Below are positions 26,300 to 39,889 of a stretch of 64,000 nt of DNA, piece after piece. A program made the position numbers and the translations under genes. Position 1 is the first letter of the stretch; each line of letters starts with the position of its first letter. The notes under the pieces were generated by a model. That model had not been told where the DNA came from. It did no database searches and worked only from the letters and a program-made list of their open reading frames with translations. The DNA is from Isurus oxyrinchus (Eukaryota): the NCBI GenBank assembly GCA_026770705.1, contig JANJGN010000062.1:1488001-1552000 (forward strand), in the 5' to 3' direction.

Positions 26300-26840
26300 A
26301 TCCCTGAGATTCAATCTTCTCCAAGGAACCAGTCAGGAGTGTGTTGGTGTACTCCGCATTTGCCTGTGAGAGTGTAAGTCCAACAAAATTCGAGAAACTC
26401 GCCAACATACAGGACAAAGCAGGCCACTCTTTGTTTGCCTTTTACACGAACATTCATTACCTCCACCATCGACGTAAATTGGCAGCAGTGTGCACCATCA
26501 ATAGCAAAGACTGCAGGCTCCACAACCCTTCTTACACAGCACCTTAGAATCTCACGCCCACTACAGCCTCCAAGTGCAAGGGCAGCTGACAGATTGGAAG
26601 ACCGCCACCTCCATTTTCCCCAGCATGACACACCATAATTACATGGAAATAAACCGCCTTTTAATCACTTTCGCTGTGTGAATTCCTGGAATTCTACCTC
26701 ACCGCACTGTAGGTGTAACTACACAACATGGAATTCAGCGGCTGTGGAAGGCAGCTCAGCACAAAATTCTCAAGGACAATTAGGAATATCCAATAATTGT
26801 TGGCCTTGCCAGCGACGCTCAAAGCCTATGGCTGCATAAA
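26300..26840 (+). mobile_element. Non-LTR retrotransposon 3' fragment (lineage B)
   Basis: VRSVLVYSAFACESVSPTKFEKLANIQDKA, similar to 40720-41230 and 46960-47450. Confidence 0.75.
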
Positions 26841-27142
26841 TAGTTAACAGAGAGCACTGTGGACACAAAGACCCTTACTTCACAGCGTCACCTTTAACAT
26901 AAATGGAACTGTCCACTCACAGAACAACTCCACTTTCGCACATCACGCCCACGGCTGACTGAGATGTTCGAGGACCAAGTAGCAACTGAAGCATTACCCA
27001 CCATCCCCCAAACCTCCTCTCCCACATTCCGATCCATCTTGCTGAGTTTGCTCTTCTTTGATTATGATTCAGTCAGTCAAAACCATCACCACCATCAGGC
27101 TCCAGTATTCTTGGGCGAGGATCTCACAAAGCTAGATGGCCA

Positions 27143-27969
27143 TCATTCGAATCGAATCTTTGCCCTTTTTGGATTAAGGTTGAATGGGCGTTTTACATCG
27201 TCCACCAACTCCTCTCTGAATTTAATCCGGGTAAGAATGTGAATACATGTGTTGGCGCAATTATTGTGACGCTGCAGCATTGCTGCTCTGATTTCTGTTA
27301 TATTAACAGTTTGTGGAAATTCAGATAATTGCTATAAACTAGGTGGAATGCCGTTAACAGAATTACATTGCCAGAAATTCTGAACATTAAAATGGTGGAC
27401 ATCCTTCGGCTCAACAGCTCTAGTTCCTAGCGATCCTCTTTCTTATTACAGCCCTGGAGACTTCATCGGATACTATTGGAAACCACAAGATGTCTGATCA
27501 TTGGGAGATTGAGAAGCAAAATCAGAAGAACATCAAATATACGGATGATACGGGTGAAGTAACAATATATTATCAAGTTTATTTATTGGTTCCCGGATAA
27601 AGTACCATGAGATCATTACAAAGCAGCCCACCACGCTCACTGTTCCGAAATCGACAGCTTCAGTTTTCTCGGTACAATACTTTGTTCTCAGATTTCCGCA
27701 ACAAATGGCCATGAATCGGTCAAAGTTGAAAGCGACTGTGAAACATATGGAAAGCGCTGTTGCTTCAAAGGACAAGGTAATAATGAGGTAGCGCACAGGA
27801 GTAATTTTCAGGAAGTAATCTAGGCAATAAAGCGCCCCTATCCATTGCAATATCGCTTCAGGTAGAACGACAGGGAGATCGGTCACAGCCTTTCCCAGCT
27901 GGTGCCCAGTGATACACTTGGGCAGAACGCATTTTCCTCGGGAAAGGATTGCAATCGCCGCCATGTTAA
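27143..27969 (-). pseudogene. Class A GPCR pseudogene, GPR139/GPR142-like family (main coding exon)
   Basis: After an AG acceptor at 27970-27971 reads (V)NMAAIAILSRGKC...FTVAFNFDRFMAICC...KYCTEKT (DRF motif). The ORF stops at 27533. TM7/helix-8-like MLQRHNNCANTCIHILTRIKFREEL lies further downstream. Family assignment is from recollected family motifs. Confidence 0.8.
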
Positions 27970-29739
27970 CTTGGAGAGGGGGAAAGATAAAGCATAGAAG
28001 TTATTGTTAAGATGTGGGGCCACAGCAGGAGGTGGCACAATCTGTGGTTGAAGTTAGTACTTTACTGGAGCATCATCCGATTCACGCTGTTTTTTTTTTG
28101 AACATTTGATTGGGTTTTATTTTTAAAACCAGCAATGATTCAGGAAATCTTGAAACAATTTGTATCAATTTTATCGATTCCACAGAAAGGACTGAGTGAC
28201 TCTGCAGTGCAGTGCCAGCCGAGAGGCGGAAGTCAGTTTACACAGGCGGAATCCAACGTCTGAAATTGTCATGTGGTCTGCATTCGAACGGGAGGGATTC
28301 CTTGTGACAACGTTTACTACAGCTGCTTCGTTCTACTGGTACATGCGAATCAATCAGTGTTTTGCCGAAACAGTCTTTAAAATAAAATAAATGAACTCAC
28401 ATCGAATTGAGTTCAAGGTTCTGGATACCATTGGGAGAGTAATTTGGAGGCCTAGACAATGAATCATATATTTAGGAAGACAGGGGCAATGTCATATCCG
28501 AGCTGGAAGGAAGGCTGGAGCTGATGGATTTGGCAGTTGGATAAACTGATTAAAATCAGAGTAGGATTAGATAAAAAGGGATATATTTCAGCAGAATAAT
28601 AGTGCAAAAATGTCTTTAACAGTTGAATTAGCACAAGAAAACATCATTACCTGTGCACATTTGTGTTATGGAACCAGTAAGCTGGGAACAAATCAAGTGT
28701 GATCAATTCCCTCAGCACATTTTCGAGCATTAAATTTAAACATGTTCTTGAAATCATGTTGTTTTTTCTACTGAATTGTCAGATGGTACTAAAATCACGA
28801 TAGTGAAGCTGTCAACTGACATCATGGAAATGAAAACATGACGCTATTATGCCTAGTCTGCAGTAAGGAAGGAAAATGAAGCTTCAATAAAAAACTCTCT
28901 TGAAGGCTTGACAGTTTTAACTCACACCGAGCAGATCCACCATTACTCTGCACTATATGTGGCACCATCGTATGTGCAACTTAAAATCAGTTTTGTCTCA
29001 ATAATTGTTCTGAGCAAGACAGCCGTCCCACCTTATGCATGATTCACACTGATGATAGCTTTACATTATTTTGTTCTCTCCAATGCTCTCCAATCTGTTT
29101 TCAACGATGATTTTGGCCATTACATCCTGCTTCTCCATTCTATTAGCCAGCCAGTTTTCAAACTTTAGTATTCACAATCTGTGCAGTTGTTCAGCCGCGG
29201 TGAGCAGTTTAACAATTTGAGCAACAATGCATCTCTCCAACTGTTTGTATCACGTACAATGCACAGAAAAAAAAATCATGGATCTTCCAAGTTGACTTCA
29301 CAAAAATATAAATAAAATAATTGTCTTGTACTTTTGTAGTAAATTATGCACGCCTTCCTTACGTTTTAGCTATTGACTGTCTACAATCATGCCTTTTAAC
29401 GAAGCTTTGCAATAACAAAGTCAACTTGAAGATCCTGCCCTCACATATTCCTTTATTTGACTTTTAGATCAATATCCCATTGAACAAAAACATGTTGCGA
29501 ATGAATACGTTTTTTTTTTTGCAATTTATGGTCTCTCTTTCCTAATGGGTAGTTTGCAACAAAAATATTAATTCTGTCCATTGATTGCACAATACTAGAT
29601 CTAAAATTGCCAGTTGTCGAGTTGGTTCTTCAAGATGCAAGTTCAGGAAACAATCTTACATGCACCCCAATATATATACCTACACAACATTAGTACTGAT
29701 TAGTATTTCCCAAATAATTGTACCTTGAACATCCTCATG

Positions 29740-31150
29740 ATTACTGATATAAGCCAGGGAAGAACAGTCCAGTGAGTCTCAGGTCAGTTATAGGGAAAAT
29801 TAGAAAAAATTCTGAAGGAGAGTCTCTCTCTCCACTTGGAAAGGCAAGTTTTGCTCAGTGATAGTCAGCATGACTTTGTCAGAGTGAGGTCATGCCTAAC
29901 AAGTTTGATTCAGTTTTTTGAGGAGGAGACCAGATGTGTAGATGATGGTGCAGTTGGCGTAGCTTAAATGGATTTCAGCAAAGCTTGTGACAAGGTCCCA
30001 CATTGGAGACTTATAAAGAATGCAAATGCACATGGGATTCAGGGTTATTTGATAAGGTGAATTCAAAATTGCTTAAAGTGAAGGAGGTAGAGCGTGATGA
30101 CAGAAGGATGCTTTAGTGGCTGGAAACCCGGTCCATCCAGTGGCGTACCAAAGGGATCTGTGCTCGGTCCACCATTTTTGTCAATCATATAAATGACATA
30201 TTTGACTATGCGGGGGTTATGATTAGTAATTTTGCGTATGACACAAAGATTCGCTGGCAAGTTAGCAGTGAGTTTCAGTGTCTTGTGGATCAGGAAGATA
30301 TAGATGGGAAGGTCAAGTGGGCAAATAAGAAACAGGTGGAATTTAACCATGGAAAGTGTGAGGTGATATATATTGGAAAGATGACTTTGTCAAGGAAGTA
30401 TTCAATGAACAGAATGTCACTTGGATGTTCTGAGGAACAAAGGAAACTTGGCGTGTGTGTCCATAGTTCCCTGGAGGCAGAGGGGCACGTTGGTGGGACT
30501 GTGAGAAAGGCTTATTGGAGACTTGCCTTTATAAAACAAGGCACAGATTAGAAAAGGAGGGAGGACATGTTGGAGCTTTATAGACCATTATTGAGACCAC
30601 AGCTGGAGTAATGTGTGCAACCCTACTCGCCACATGAAAGGAAGGATGTGTTTACACTGGAGATGGTGCAAAGGGGATTCACCAGGATGTTGCCTGGGAT
30701 GAAACATTTAAGCTCTGTAGAGAGTTTGAATAGATTTGGGTTGTTTTTGTTGGAGCTGAGAAGACTGAGGGACGACATGATCGAGGTTTACAGGATTATG
30801 AGGGACATGGGCAGGTTGGATAGAGAATAGATGTTCCCCATATTTGACCTCTCAAGGGGGCATACTTTAAGGTGAGGGATAGGAGGTTTAGGGGGGATGT
30901 GAGGAAAACTTTTTTTTTTACCAGAGGCTGGTAACGGTCTGTATTGCACTGTCTGGAAGGGTGGTGGTGGCATGTTGCCTCACATACTTTAAAAAATACA
31001 AGGATGAGCATTTGGCACGTCATAACATTTAAGGCTATGGGCCAAGTTCTGGGAAATGGAAATAGGTTGGTAGGTCTGGTTGTAATCTCGTGTCGTTGCA
31101 GACTCGATGGGCCGAATGGCCTGTTCTGCGCTGAGATGCTGTGATTCCGA
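29740..31150 (+). mobile_element. CR1 LINE 3' RT fragment (same subfamily as 1080-5030)
   Basis: GVPKGSVLGP, ISNFAYDTKI, KAYWRLAFIKQG, VQRGFTRMLPGM; same 3' tail as 4900-5025. Confidence 0.9.
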
Positions 31151-33169
31151 TGCCATGCTTCCGTGATTATGGTAGTATTATTGTTACAAGCACTAAAATT
31201 TTCCTGAATTATTTTATGATTTACTTTGCAGTTGCTGTTTCATGCATTGTTTTTGGAGCTTGCTGTTTGCTAATTCCACCTAAGTTAATTCCATGCATTT
31301 ATCTTCGGATCCAAGGTTATCTGTCACTACAGTATCAATACTGTTTTATTAACTGTGCTATCCACAACATCTGCCTGTTCTACCTGATTGTTCAATGCCA
31401 TTCAATAATCAGTTCGCAGCGTTTCTTTCCTTGTAGCCATGTCACTGCAGATTTTATATCGGAGCTGGAAAACGTCAATCACAAACAGGTAGTAGTAGGG
31501 AAAGGAAAGAACACATTATAATTACTGTGGCAATGTGGATTACAGATAATGGAAACTATTCTATATTTCAGTTTTCCAAAAATGGATGTAGCTTATAAAC
31601 AAAATATGCCCCTTGAGTGACTCCTGCAATTTGACATACATAGCAGCTCAGTTCAATTTGTTTTAATGCTTTAGCGTGTCTCAGGAACCCTTGCAAGCCA
31701 GTTATGTTCATAGTTCGTACTTCATATCAAACATTAGTTTGTACCTTGCAATACAGCGACCAAGTAGAGGGCACACTAGAACAGATAACAAGATGCTTCC
31801 TTCATTTAAAAAACAGAACATGTTTGAATAGATCCCGTATGCCTGGCAGCATCAGTTCAGATAATAAGAACTCAGTTTTTTTGGAACTCTGAATTCCAAA
31901 GAGGAAACATATTGGACTGGCAAGGTTAACTCTTTTTCTCTCTCCACGGAAGCTGCCAGTCCTTCTGAGCTTTTCCAGCATGTTGTGTACTTATTACAGG
32001 CCTCCACTGACTGCACAAAATTGCTTTTAAATTCCATACATAATTTGCCGCGTTGCTGAGTGACAGATCAGTACAACGTCTAACTTTGATACAAAATGAC
32101 TCATTAGTGAGTTGTAGCAATATCCGCATGTTCAATGAATCCAGTATAGGAAAGCAGAAGCAGTACACCAACATGACTAATTCACCAGGATGGATTTGTT
32201 GTGGCCCTGAAAAATGACAGACATCAGGGAAAGAATGCTCTGAATGTAACGCATGTGGGTGAAATTTATTATTCCTCTAAGGGGGGCTCTGCCGTTTCGT
32301 ACAGAAATAAAGCTGATTTCCAGAGGAAAAACGGTCCACGTATGATTAGCGAAAGAGACCAGGTGACGAAGAAAGTGCATTTGTTGATGTAGTAGGTGCC
32401 AATTGCAAACACAGTAAAATAATTGATCTTTAGGTTTATGGATAGTAGGTATAGATGGGAGTCTAGCATGATGCTGATGCAGAGGAGCAGGTCGAGGGCG
32501 GAAGTGTAGGATATGGGACCGTCATGGTCGAGATCCCTGTGTGCCCCAATGAAGCCGACTTATGGGCAGAGCATGGAGGAAATAATTTCTATAGTAGTGT
32601 TGTGGAACGTGGCCCAATTAATACAGATGTGATGAAGGCGGAGGAATATGAAAAATCAACTGAGAAATTACAGGAAGCAGAATGGCAGGAATAATGATAA
32701 AGATTGGTGTGCATGACAGCAGCATTGTTATACGTATTGTAAACAGTCTATCCCCACAAATGGAAATAGGAAGTCGAGGGAGGACGCGGGAGTCCTCACA
32801 GATAAGTCATGCATAGGGAGGACAGCAATTGAATTATTTTATATAATAGATAGGTGGTCTATTCCAAGTCAACACCAGTAAACTAAAGGCAGAATAACAT
32901 AGCAGTTAAAATATCAGAAATAATGTTCCCTTCACATAAACAAAGGGATAGCTAGGACTCTTAAAGATTTAATGTAATTATTCTGCTTTTATTGGAGAAA
33001 TGCTGTAGATGCAAAGGTGATTTTTCCAATAAGAGTTAAGCTTCGACAGATGAAGATTGTTGCTGTTACAAGGCAATTATTTGGACTGACGTATATGAAT
33101 GAAAAAGATGGGTCGTTTGGAAAGCGTGGAAGGGGTCAGCGATGAAGCAATCCACAGAATTCCCAGTAA

Positions 33170-33880
33170 CGTAGGAGGCTAAAAATCCACTTGTAATCTT
33201 GGTGAATAATAATTAATAGGGATGAGGGAGAGATCGAGACTACCCATTCTGAGAAGAGACAGAAGTGGCTTTTCCAAGTATTGTGCTGCACTGGATTTGA
33301 ACGTAAACCTGAGGGATGGTGGTAGTGGGTGCCATGCCAGGCTGTCCTTAACAGAAGCTGAGGTGTTAGAAGGAATGGATTTCCAACTCAGTGATAGAGT
33401 TGTGGAGCGACTTAGTGTATTGGTGAGCGATGAACTTGCAGAAAGATTGGTTGTTCCGGCGTGGTCTGGAGAGGTAGACGGAATGGATGTCATAGTACAA
33501 AGAAAAGTACAGCACAGGAACATGTCCTTCCGGCTCCAAGCCTGCGTCGATCATATTGACCATCAACTAAAACATTTTGCACTATCCCTCTATTGCCGTC
33601 CTATTCATGTATTTGTCAAGCTGTGTTTTCAACACCACTATCGTTCTTGATCCTTTGGAGTTCGCTGCCACATGAATTAGTACAGGCCAAAACATTGCAT
33701 GTTTTAAAGGAAGACTTGATATAGCTCTTGGGGTGAAATGGTTCAAAGGATGTTGGAAAAAAGCTGGAGCAGGATATTGAGCTGGATGATCAGCAATGAT
33801 CATAATGAATGATGGAGCAGGGTCGAAGGGCCCAATGGCCTACCCCCTGCTCCAATTTCTATATTTCTATGTTCCTATGT
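33170..33880. mobile_element. Mosaic of old LINE fragments and CR1 3' ends in both orientations
   Basis: 33690-33880 is a CR1-type 3' end with ttctat(g/a)t repeats; 33490-33650 is an inverted 3' end. Confidence 0.6.
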
Positions 33881-33889
33881 TTCACATAA

Positions 33890-34400
33890 ACTCTCTCCCT
33901 ATCTCTCTCTCTCTCTCACACAAACACACATGTGCAAAGAAACACTCACTCACACAAACACACACAGAAATACACACACAGACACAACACGCACACACAC
34001 ACAAAAAAACACACAAACGCGCAAATGCGCAGACACACATATGAATACACATAGGCAAACAAAAAATGATTCACACCTGCTCACATAATTACTGTCACAA
34101 GCAGAGATACTCAAGCACACGGACAAAATCTCACAAGCACTCCCTGACACACAAACACACAGAAAAACACACGTGCACACACTAACAGCATTACACATAT
34201 ATCAGGTACATAAACACACGTGAGTTTCCACATTCGCAGAAATTTTAAGATAAACACCCGTTTTCACACACAGAAATATACAGGAATAAACATACACGTC
34301 TCTCCCTCTCTCTTACACACACACATTCATGAACACACAAATGAACAGACACACACATGCACACACAGGCACATACATACACATTATCTCACACACGCAG
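33890..34400. repeat. Degenerate (CA)n-rich low-complexity tract
   Basis: Interrupted CA/CT dinucleotide runs. Confidence 0.9.
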
Positions 34401-34859
34401 CCAATGACTCAGACAAGGACTTTCAGGCACCAGTATGCAGGATAATCCCACAATGCACATCACCATGTCTATACAATCCATTGGCTCCACGCGCACCTGT
34501 CCTCTCCGAGTCCCCCTTCCGGTGACCTCAGCAGCCCCAACTCCACATGCCGAGGAGGGTACCTCTTCCACATTTTAGGACCACGAAAGCAGGCTGGGTA
34601 CCTCCAGAGGCTGCCCGTCAAGGTAAACACAATCAACAGGCTGCGTCCACTTCTGATCTGCATTCTGGGGTTCAACAATACGTATGGGCAGAGTTTGGGA
34701 GTTTGGGAAATGGACTTGCAGAGCCTGGGCAAGTTTGTTAATCCCTTCTACTTCACTAGTATAAATTAACTCCCCAGAATGTGCCTTTCCTGTGTCTCCT
34801 TGTTATGATGAGCAGTGTTTGTGACACTCGGATATGAAATTTGATAATCTGTATATTTG

Positions 34860-36360
34860 CAGCAATACATCCCCCCTCCTTTACTCGAATCTTCCAGCTA
34901 CGAAGGCCGACACACCATCCGCCTCCCCCATTGCACTAGCATGCTTACCCTCAATGGCAGGTGCACAAGGATCCCCATACCTCTTTGCCCACTCCCCTCA
35001 CTCAATTCAAAGCCATTCAGATAACGATCTGCCCTCCCATCCCTGCGACCAGAGTGGACAAACTCACATCCGTCCCCAGCACACTGCTTCTGGCATGCAG
35101 CAGCCCACCCACTCAACCTGTCCAAATCACACCGAAGCATCTCCGCGTCCTCCACACAGCTCACCCTCCCAACCAGAACCATGCCATCTGCAAATTCGGA
35201 GACACCACACCCAGCTCCCTCATCCAAACCATCGGCACACACCCTGAATAATTTGGATGTCAGCAACGACCCCCGCAGCACTGCTCTATTCACTGCCTGC
35301 CATTCGGTAAAAGACCTGCTCATGACCGCTCCCTAATTCTTGCCTGCCAACCAGTCTTCTGTCCGTCTCTGACTCTGTTCGATTCTGCCACTGCTTCCCA
35401 AGGGCTCACCTACCAAATATTCCAAATTCAACTCCTGAATTCTCCACACCACCGTTGTCAGCCCGACTGGTCAACAACTCCCTGCCTTCTCTCTAACTCC
35501 CCTTCCAAATTTTGCTGTTCCATTAGTTAAACTCCAACCCGCAGGAACTTTACCCGACTCTACAGAATCTCGGGATATGACCACCAGTGCATCCACCACT
35601 TAAAGGGCGACCTCCCCAAGTACACTGGGACGTAGAAAAACATGCCCCAGGGTTCCACTGGCCCTCAATCCCATCAATCCCTCCAACACCATTTTTGTGC
35701 CCATACTGGTCCCTTACAGCTCCTCCCTTACACTCTAGACCCTGCTCTCCAACATTTCTGGCACGTCATCTACGTCCTCCTTTGTGAAGTCAGACCAAAA
35801 GTATCCATCTGGTTGGTCAGCCACCCCTTCGTTCTCAATCATAAATCACCTGTTTCTGACTCTAAGAGACCCGCACATGTATCCACCAACCTTCCCTCCT
35901 CACAATCTATAGAAGCGTTAACAGTCAGTTGATATTTTCCCGCAAGTCTACTCGCACACTCCACCCTCGCCACTTAATCAATCCCCTGGTCTTCCCCTGA
36001 CGAACTCTAAAGTGCTCCCAATCCTCATGTCTTTCCCTTTTTCCCCTCCAACTTGTCTGCCGCTTCCTTGGATCCAACACTCTCCCCAATTTCCCCTGTA
36101 GGCCATGGATCAGACACCATTGCTATCTCCCCCTTGCGCCAGACATGAACAAACAAGTGTTGAAGCCACAAAGCACCCCCCAAATATCCGTCACTGCCCA
36201 TCCACCGTCATCCCTCCAAACAACGTTTCCAAATCCAGCATAGGCAGGCCGCACCCCAAACCATCGCAGTCTTCTCCATTATGTTTCAGGACCCTTGTTT
36301 CAGAACAAAATACGTCACTCTCTGTCCTCATGAAAAACTCAACCATATCATAGTCACTTA
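34860..36360 (-). mobile_element. CR1 LINE ORF2 fragment with A-to-G hypermutation
   Basis: ORF 34898-35323 aligns by eye to the CR1 RT, but reads VCADGLDEG / SEFADG where CR1 has IYINDLDEG / SKFADD. Confidence 0.85.
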
Positions 36361-36364
36361 ACCT

Positions 36365-37130
36365 CACTGGTGAGGGATGAAAGTGTAGAAGGACTGGATG
36401 CCCGCGGATGGAGATGTGTAGAGGTACCGGATGCCAGGGGTGAGTGAGGGGGCCTGGACAAGCTGGATGTCTGGCTGAGTAATGGGAATGCAGTCTTACC
36501 ATGTGCCAGGCTGAGGGATGAATGTGTAGAGGGAAAATGTTTGCTGTTGAGTGTCCGATGCGCAGGATAACTGCATGCCCTGTGATGGATGCAGGTTAGG
36601 AGTGACTGCCAGTCATATTGCGGGATGGAGGTGAAGAGAGATTGCTTTTCCTGGTGAAGATGAAGGGGTAGAGGTTATGAATACCTTGTTGGTAGACGAA
36701 GGTGGAGAGGGATTGAATTTCGTCGTGAGGCATGGAAAGGTGGAAAGATTGTGTGCCCTAGAGAGGAATGTAGATGTGGATGCGGCATTTAGGTGAAGAG
36801 GAACAAGATATCCATTGAGGGAATGTTATGCAGAGGGACTACAAGATGTGGCGACTGATGGAGTTAAAGAAGGACTGAATGTCATTGTGAGGGATGTTGG
36901 CATAGTGAAACTGGATGTCTTCTTGAACAACATATATTCAGAGGGACCAATTGTATTGCTGAGGTATGTGTGTGTAGAAGAACTGGATGCCCTGCTGATG
37001 AATGGATTTGCAGGGGGACTGAATGTTGTCGTGATGCATGAGGCTTAGAGGGATTGGGAAACCTGGTGAAGATAGAGTTCTATGGGGATTGGCTGTTCTG
37101 CTGAGGGAAGGATGCATCACGTTTTTATTC
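36365..37130. repeat. Degenerate ~36-bp minisatellite
   Basis: Recurring ctg(g/a)atg at 36874, 36911, 36983 and 37019; unit resembles tgagggatgaatgtgtagagggactggatgccc. Confidence 0.7.
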
Positions 37131-37489
37131 TTTTGTGGTATGCGGGAGTGGTGGTAAATTCACATTTTGTTGCTGATTCCTAATTGCACTTTAATTATAG
37201 AGTTGTAAGGAAGGGAATTCCAGGACCCTAAACCAACAACATGGAAGGAACGGTGATACAGATGTAGTGCTATGTCCTAGTTGTTGTAGGGGAACTGGAT
37301 GTCCATTGTGAAGCAGAATTAGTGAAGGCCAGGATACTAGAAATGGTTAAGCATGTTGCATATAGTCTGAAGAGAATTGTAAATGACTTTCAAAATATTA
37401 GTGATAGCAAGAATTGAGAATGATGTGTCAGACAGCTACACCATTTTTATAAAGGAATTTGCGTGATGTTGCATCACTTGCTAGGCCAC

Positions 37490-37910
37490 TATACCCTGCC
37501 CATTGCCAATTGCCCTGATATTTATGATGGCAGCCAAATTCCTGTGGTGTAGATACATTCTCTGTGCGGTTCAGTGGGATTTCCAGGAATTTTGTGCATC
37601 GGCAGTAAAAGAACGAAAATATACTTCCAAGTCCATACGGTGTGTGAGACTTGGATGGGAAATTGCAGGTAGCATCGCTTCCATGCGCCTGCTGCCCTTG
37701 TCCTTCTATGTAGGAGATCTCGTGTGTGTGGAAGTTTTGCCAAAATAATTTTACGCAGTATTTGCAGTGTATCTTTGAAATGGTACACACTGCTACCATT
37801 GTCAAAGGGAGAGAGAATGATTTATTTAAGGCCGTAGATGGCGGGTGGTGCAGCAGTCAAGCAGGCGACTTTGTACTGGATGTTCTTGAGTGTCTTGAGT
37901 GTTATGGGAA
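37490..37910 (-). mobile_element. Non-LTR retrotransposon 3' fragment (lineage B), inverted
   Basis: Reverse complement of the 3' region seen at 40780-41230. Confidence 0.7.
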
Positions 37911-39889
37911 TTCAGAAGGATGTAGAATATGCTCGAGTAGACTGTGGCGTGAGGGGGAATTAGTTTCCTGTGTGCATAACTCCAGCATCCATGGTGTCCC
38001 GAGAGTGTCTGGGGAAGGATGGCTTGATGTCAACTGTTGGTGTCTCGCTACAGGTGAAGACAGGACAAAATTCCAAACAGCTGGTGATTCGGTTCCACCA
38101 GCTGGAAGATTGGCAACAAACATTAAGCGCGATTATGTTTCCACCAGCCTTTCAGAGAAGGAAGAATTTTTGCCCTGAGCGTACATAGCACAGCAAGTTC
38201 ACAGGGACAGAACACAGAGTGCTAGAGCTGAGCGTTTATTTAATCACTCCGGCCCATGACCCTTTCACAGACAGGAAACATGAGCAATGTTTCTCTAACA
38301 GTCTATGTTATGTCATTATTTGAACATTTTGTCTCTATTTTGTGCTGTATTTGTTATAATGGTGGCCCTCTGCATGTGGTCATGCCTGATACAATCGCCA
38401 ACCTCATGGAACTAAAATAAGAGCTGCTGGGGGATAGTGCACGGTGAATTATTTCTCCTGAGTCAGTTAGATCTGAGCTCCACTGATGGACAACTGAGCA
38501 GTTATGTTATAATAGTAAAGTATTGGAGACATATTGAATTCTGAATGTTTTCCTCCCTCCAGACTCGATAACCCGACAGTTAGATGTTGTGCTGTCAAGC
38601 AACATCGTGCTGTTTTGAGCTGCTATGAGAATGCAGCTCTCTGTGTCCCACGTATGTGGCAGTCTAGAGGGAAAGTACACTAAATGGAGGTAAAACAAAT
38701 ATTCCATTTATTTCCCTGTTCCAACCCTTCATTTGTAAGGCATTTGGGAAAAAAAAACTTTTACAAAATGGAGCTGAAAATAACTTTTAATGATAGTCAT
38801 CGGTTCTTCAATTCTCTTGATGGGTTGTATTGTCGATACAGCGGAGTGTGCAACAGTTTAATTATATACATGAAAATGCTCGAAAAAAATCCTTTGTCCT
38901 ACAATTCTGATTAGGCAGTATTTATACTTTTTAAGATAATTTATAGATTTAAGAAACGAATCTAGATGTCTCCACACAAGGTAACGTTTGTTTTTTTTTC
39001 TCAAAACATGTTTATGTCGGAAAGTTAAGCATCTTCCAGATGGATATATTTATTGAAAACTTAAGATCGTTCCCTCAGATATCACACAGTTAGTCACATG
39101 CGTGGGACGTCGGATCCTCGATTTGTCGATGTATTTTACCTGAAAGATGGATTAAAATAATATTGCTTTACAGAGAGGGTTGCAACTATTTCCGCCATCA
39201 TCTAAATGAAAGCGATGCATTCATTTTATTCTTCGGACTATTTCCAAACAAATAGTTTTTTTTTGTTGTTTGTTGAATTGAAAATAAAAAACAGCAAATT
39301 ATCATTGATAATTTCCGCATCATTAAAAGCATCGGAACAACTCCATGTAATGATATGGTAAAGACCAGAGAGGGCTTCATTGTCCCTAACTATGCGGAAC
39401 AAGCTTGTAGCCGGTAATAAAGCATTACTTTCCCAGTTTAATGCATATGTTGTAAAGTTTGAGCAATACCCTCACTGCTTTCTGGGGACAGATTGGGCGG
39501 GTTTTTGAATGTTTCACAGAGGACATTGTCATACATATCAGGAATGGGAGGAACCGATAAGGCGTAATCAAAAATAACCTGAGTGTTAAGCACTTAGGAT
39601 GAACATATTATTGGTTAATAATGGGCTGAGAGCGGGTGCATTTCAGGTGCCTGGTGTGTTTGTGCACAAGTGAGTGAGCATGTGTGTGGGTGTGGGACAG
39701 CACCATGAAGAAGTTAGAATTTATTTATTTATGAATGAAAGAGAAATGATGTTTATTTTTGCCCGGGCTGCGTTGTGCTGCTGGGAGGCAACAGACGACG
39801 TCCTGCAAAGCCTGATGTTTCATGTTGAGCACTCGACGTATTCCTGCTTGGGGTCTGAACAAATGAGAAAATCACAGCAAACAGCATTA

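Noticed and set aside
32100-33170. Unique-looking stretch with several short ORFs
   Set aside because: No motif recognised on either strand.
34570-34735. Exon-like minus-strand frame KLAQALQVHFPNSQTLPIRIVEPQNADQKWTQPVDCVYLDGQPLEV
   Set aside because: No recognisable family or convincing splice context; it needs a BLASTX search.
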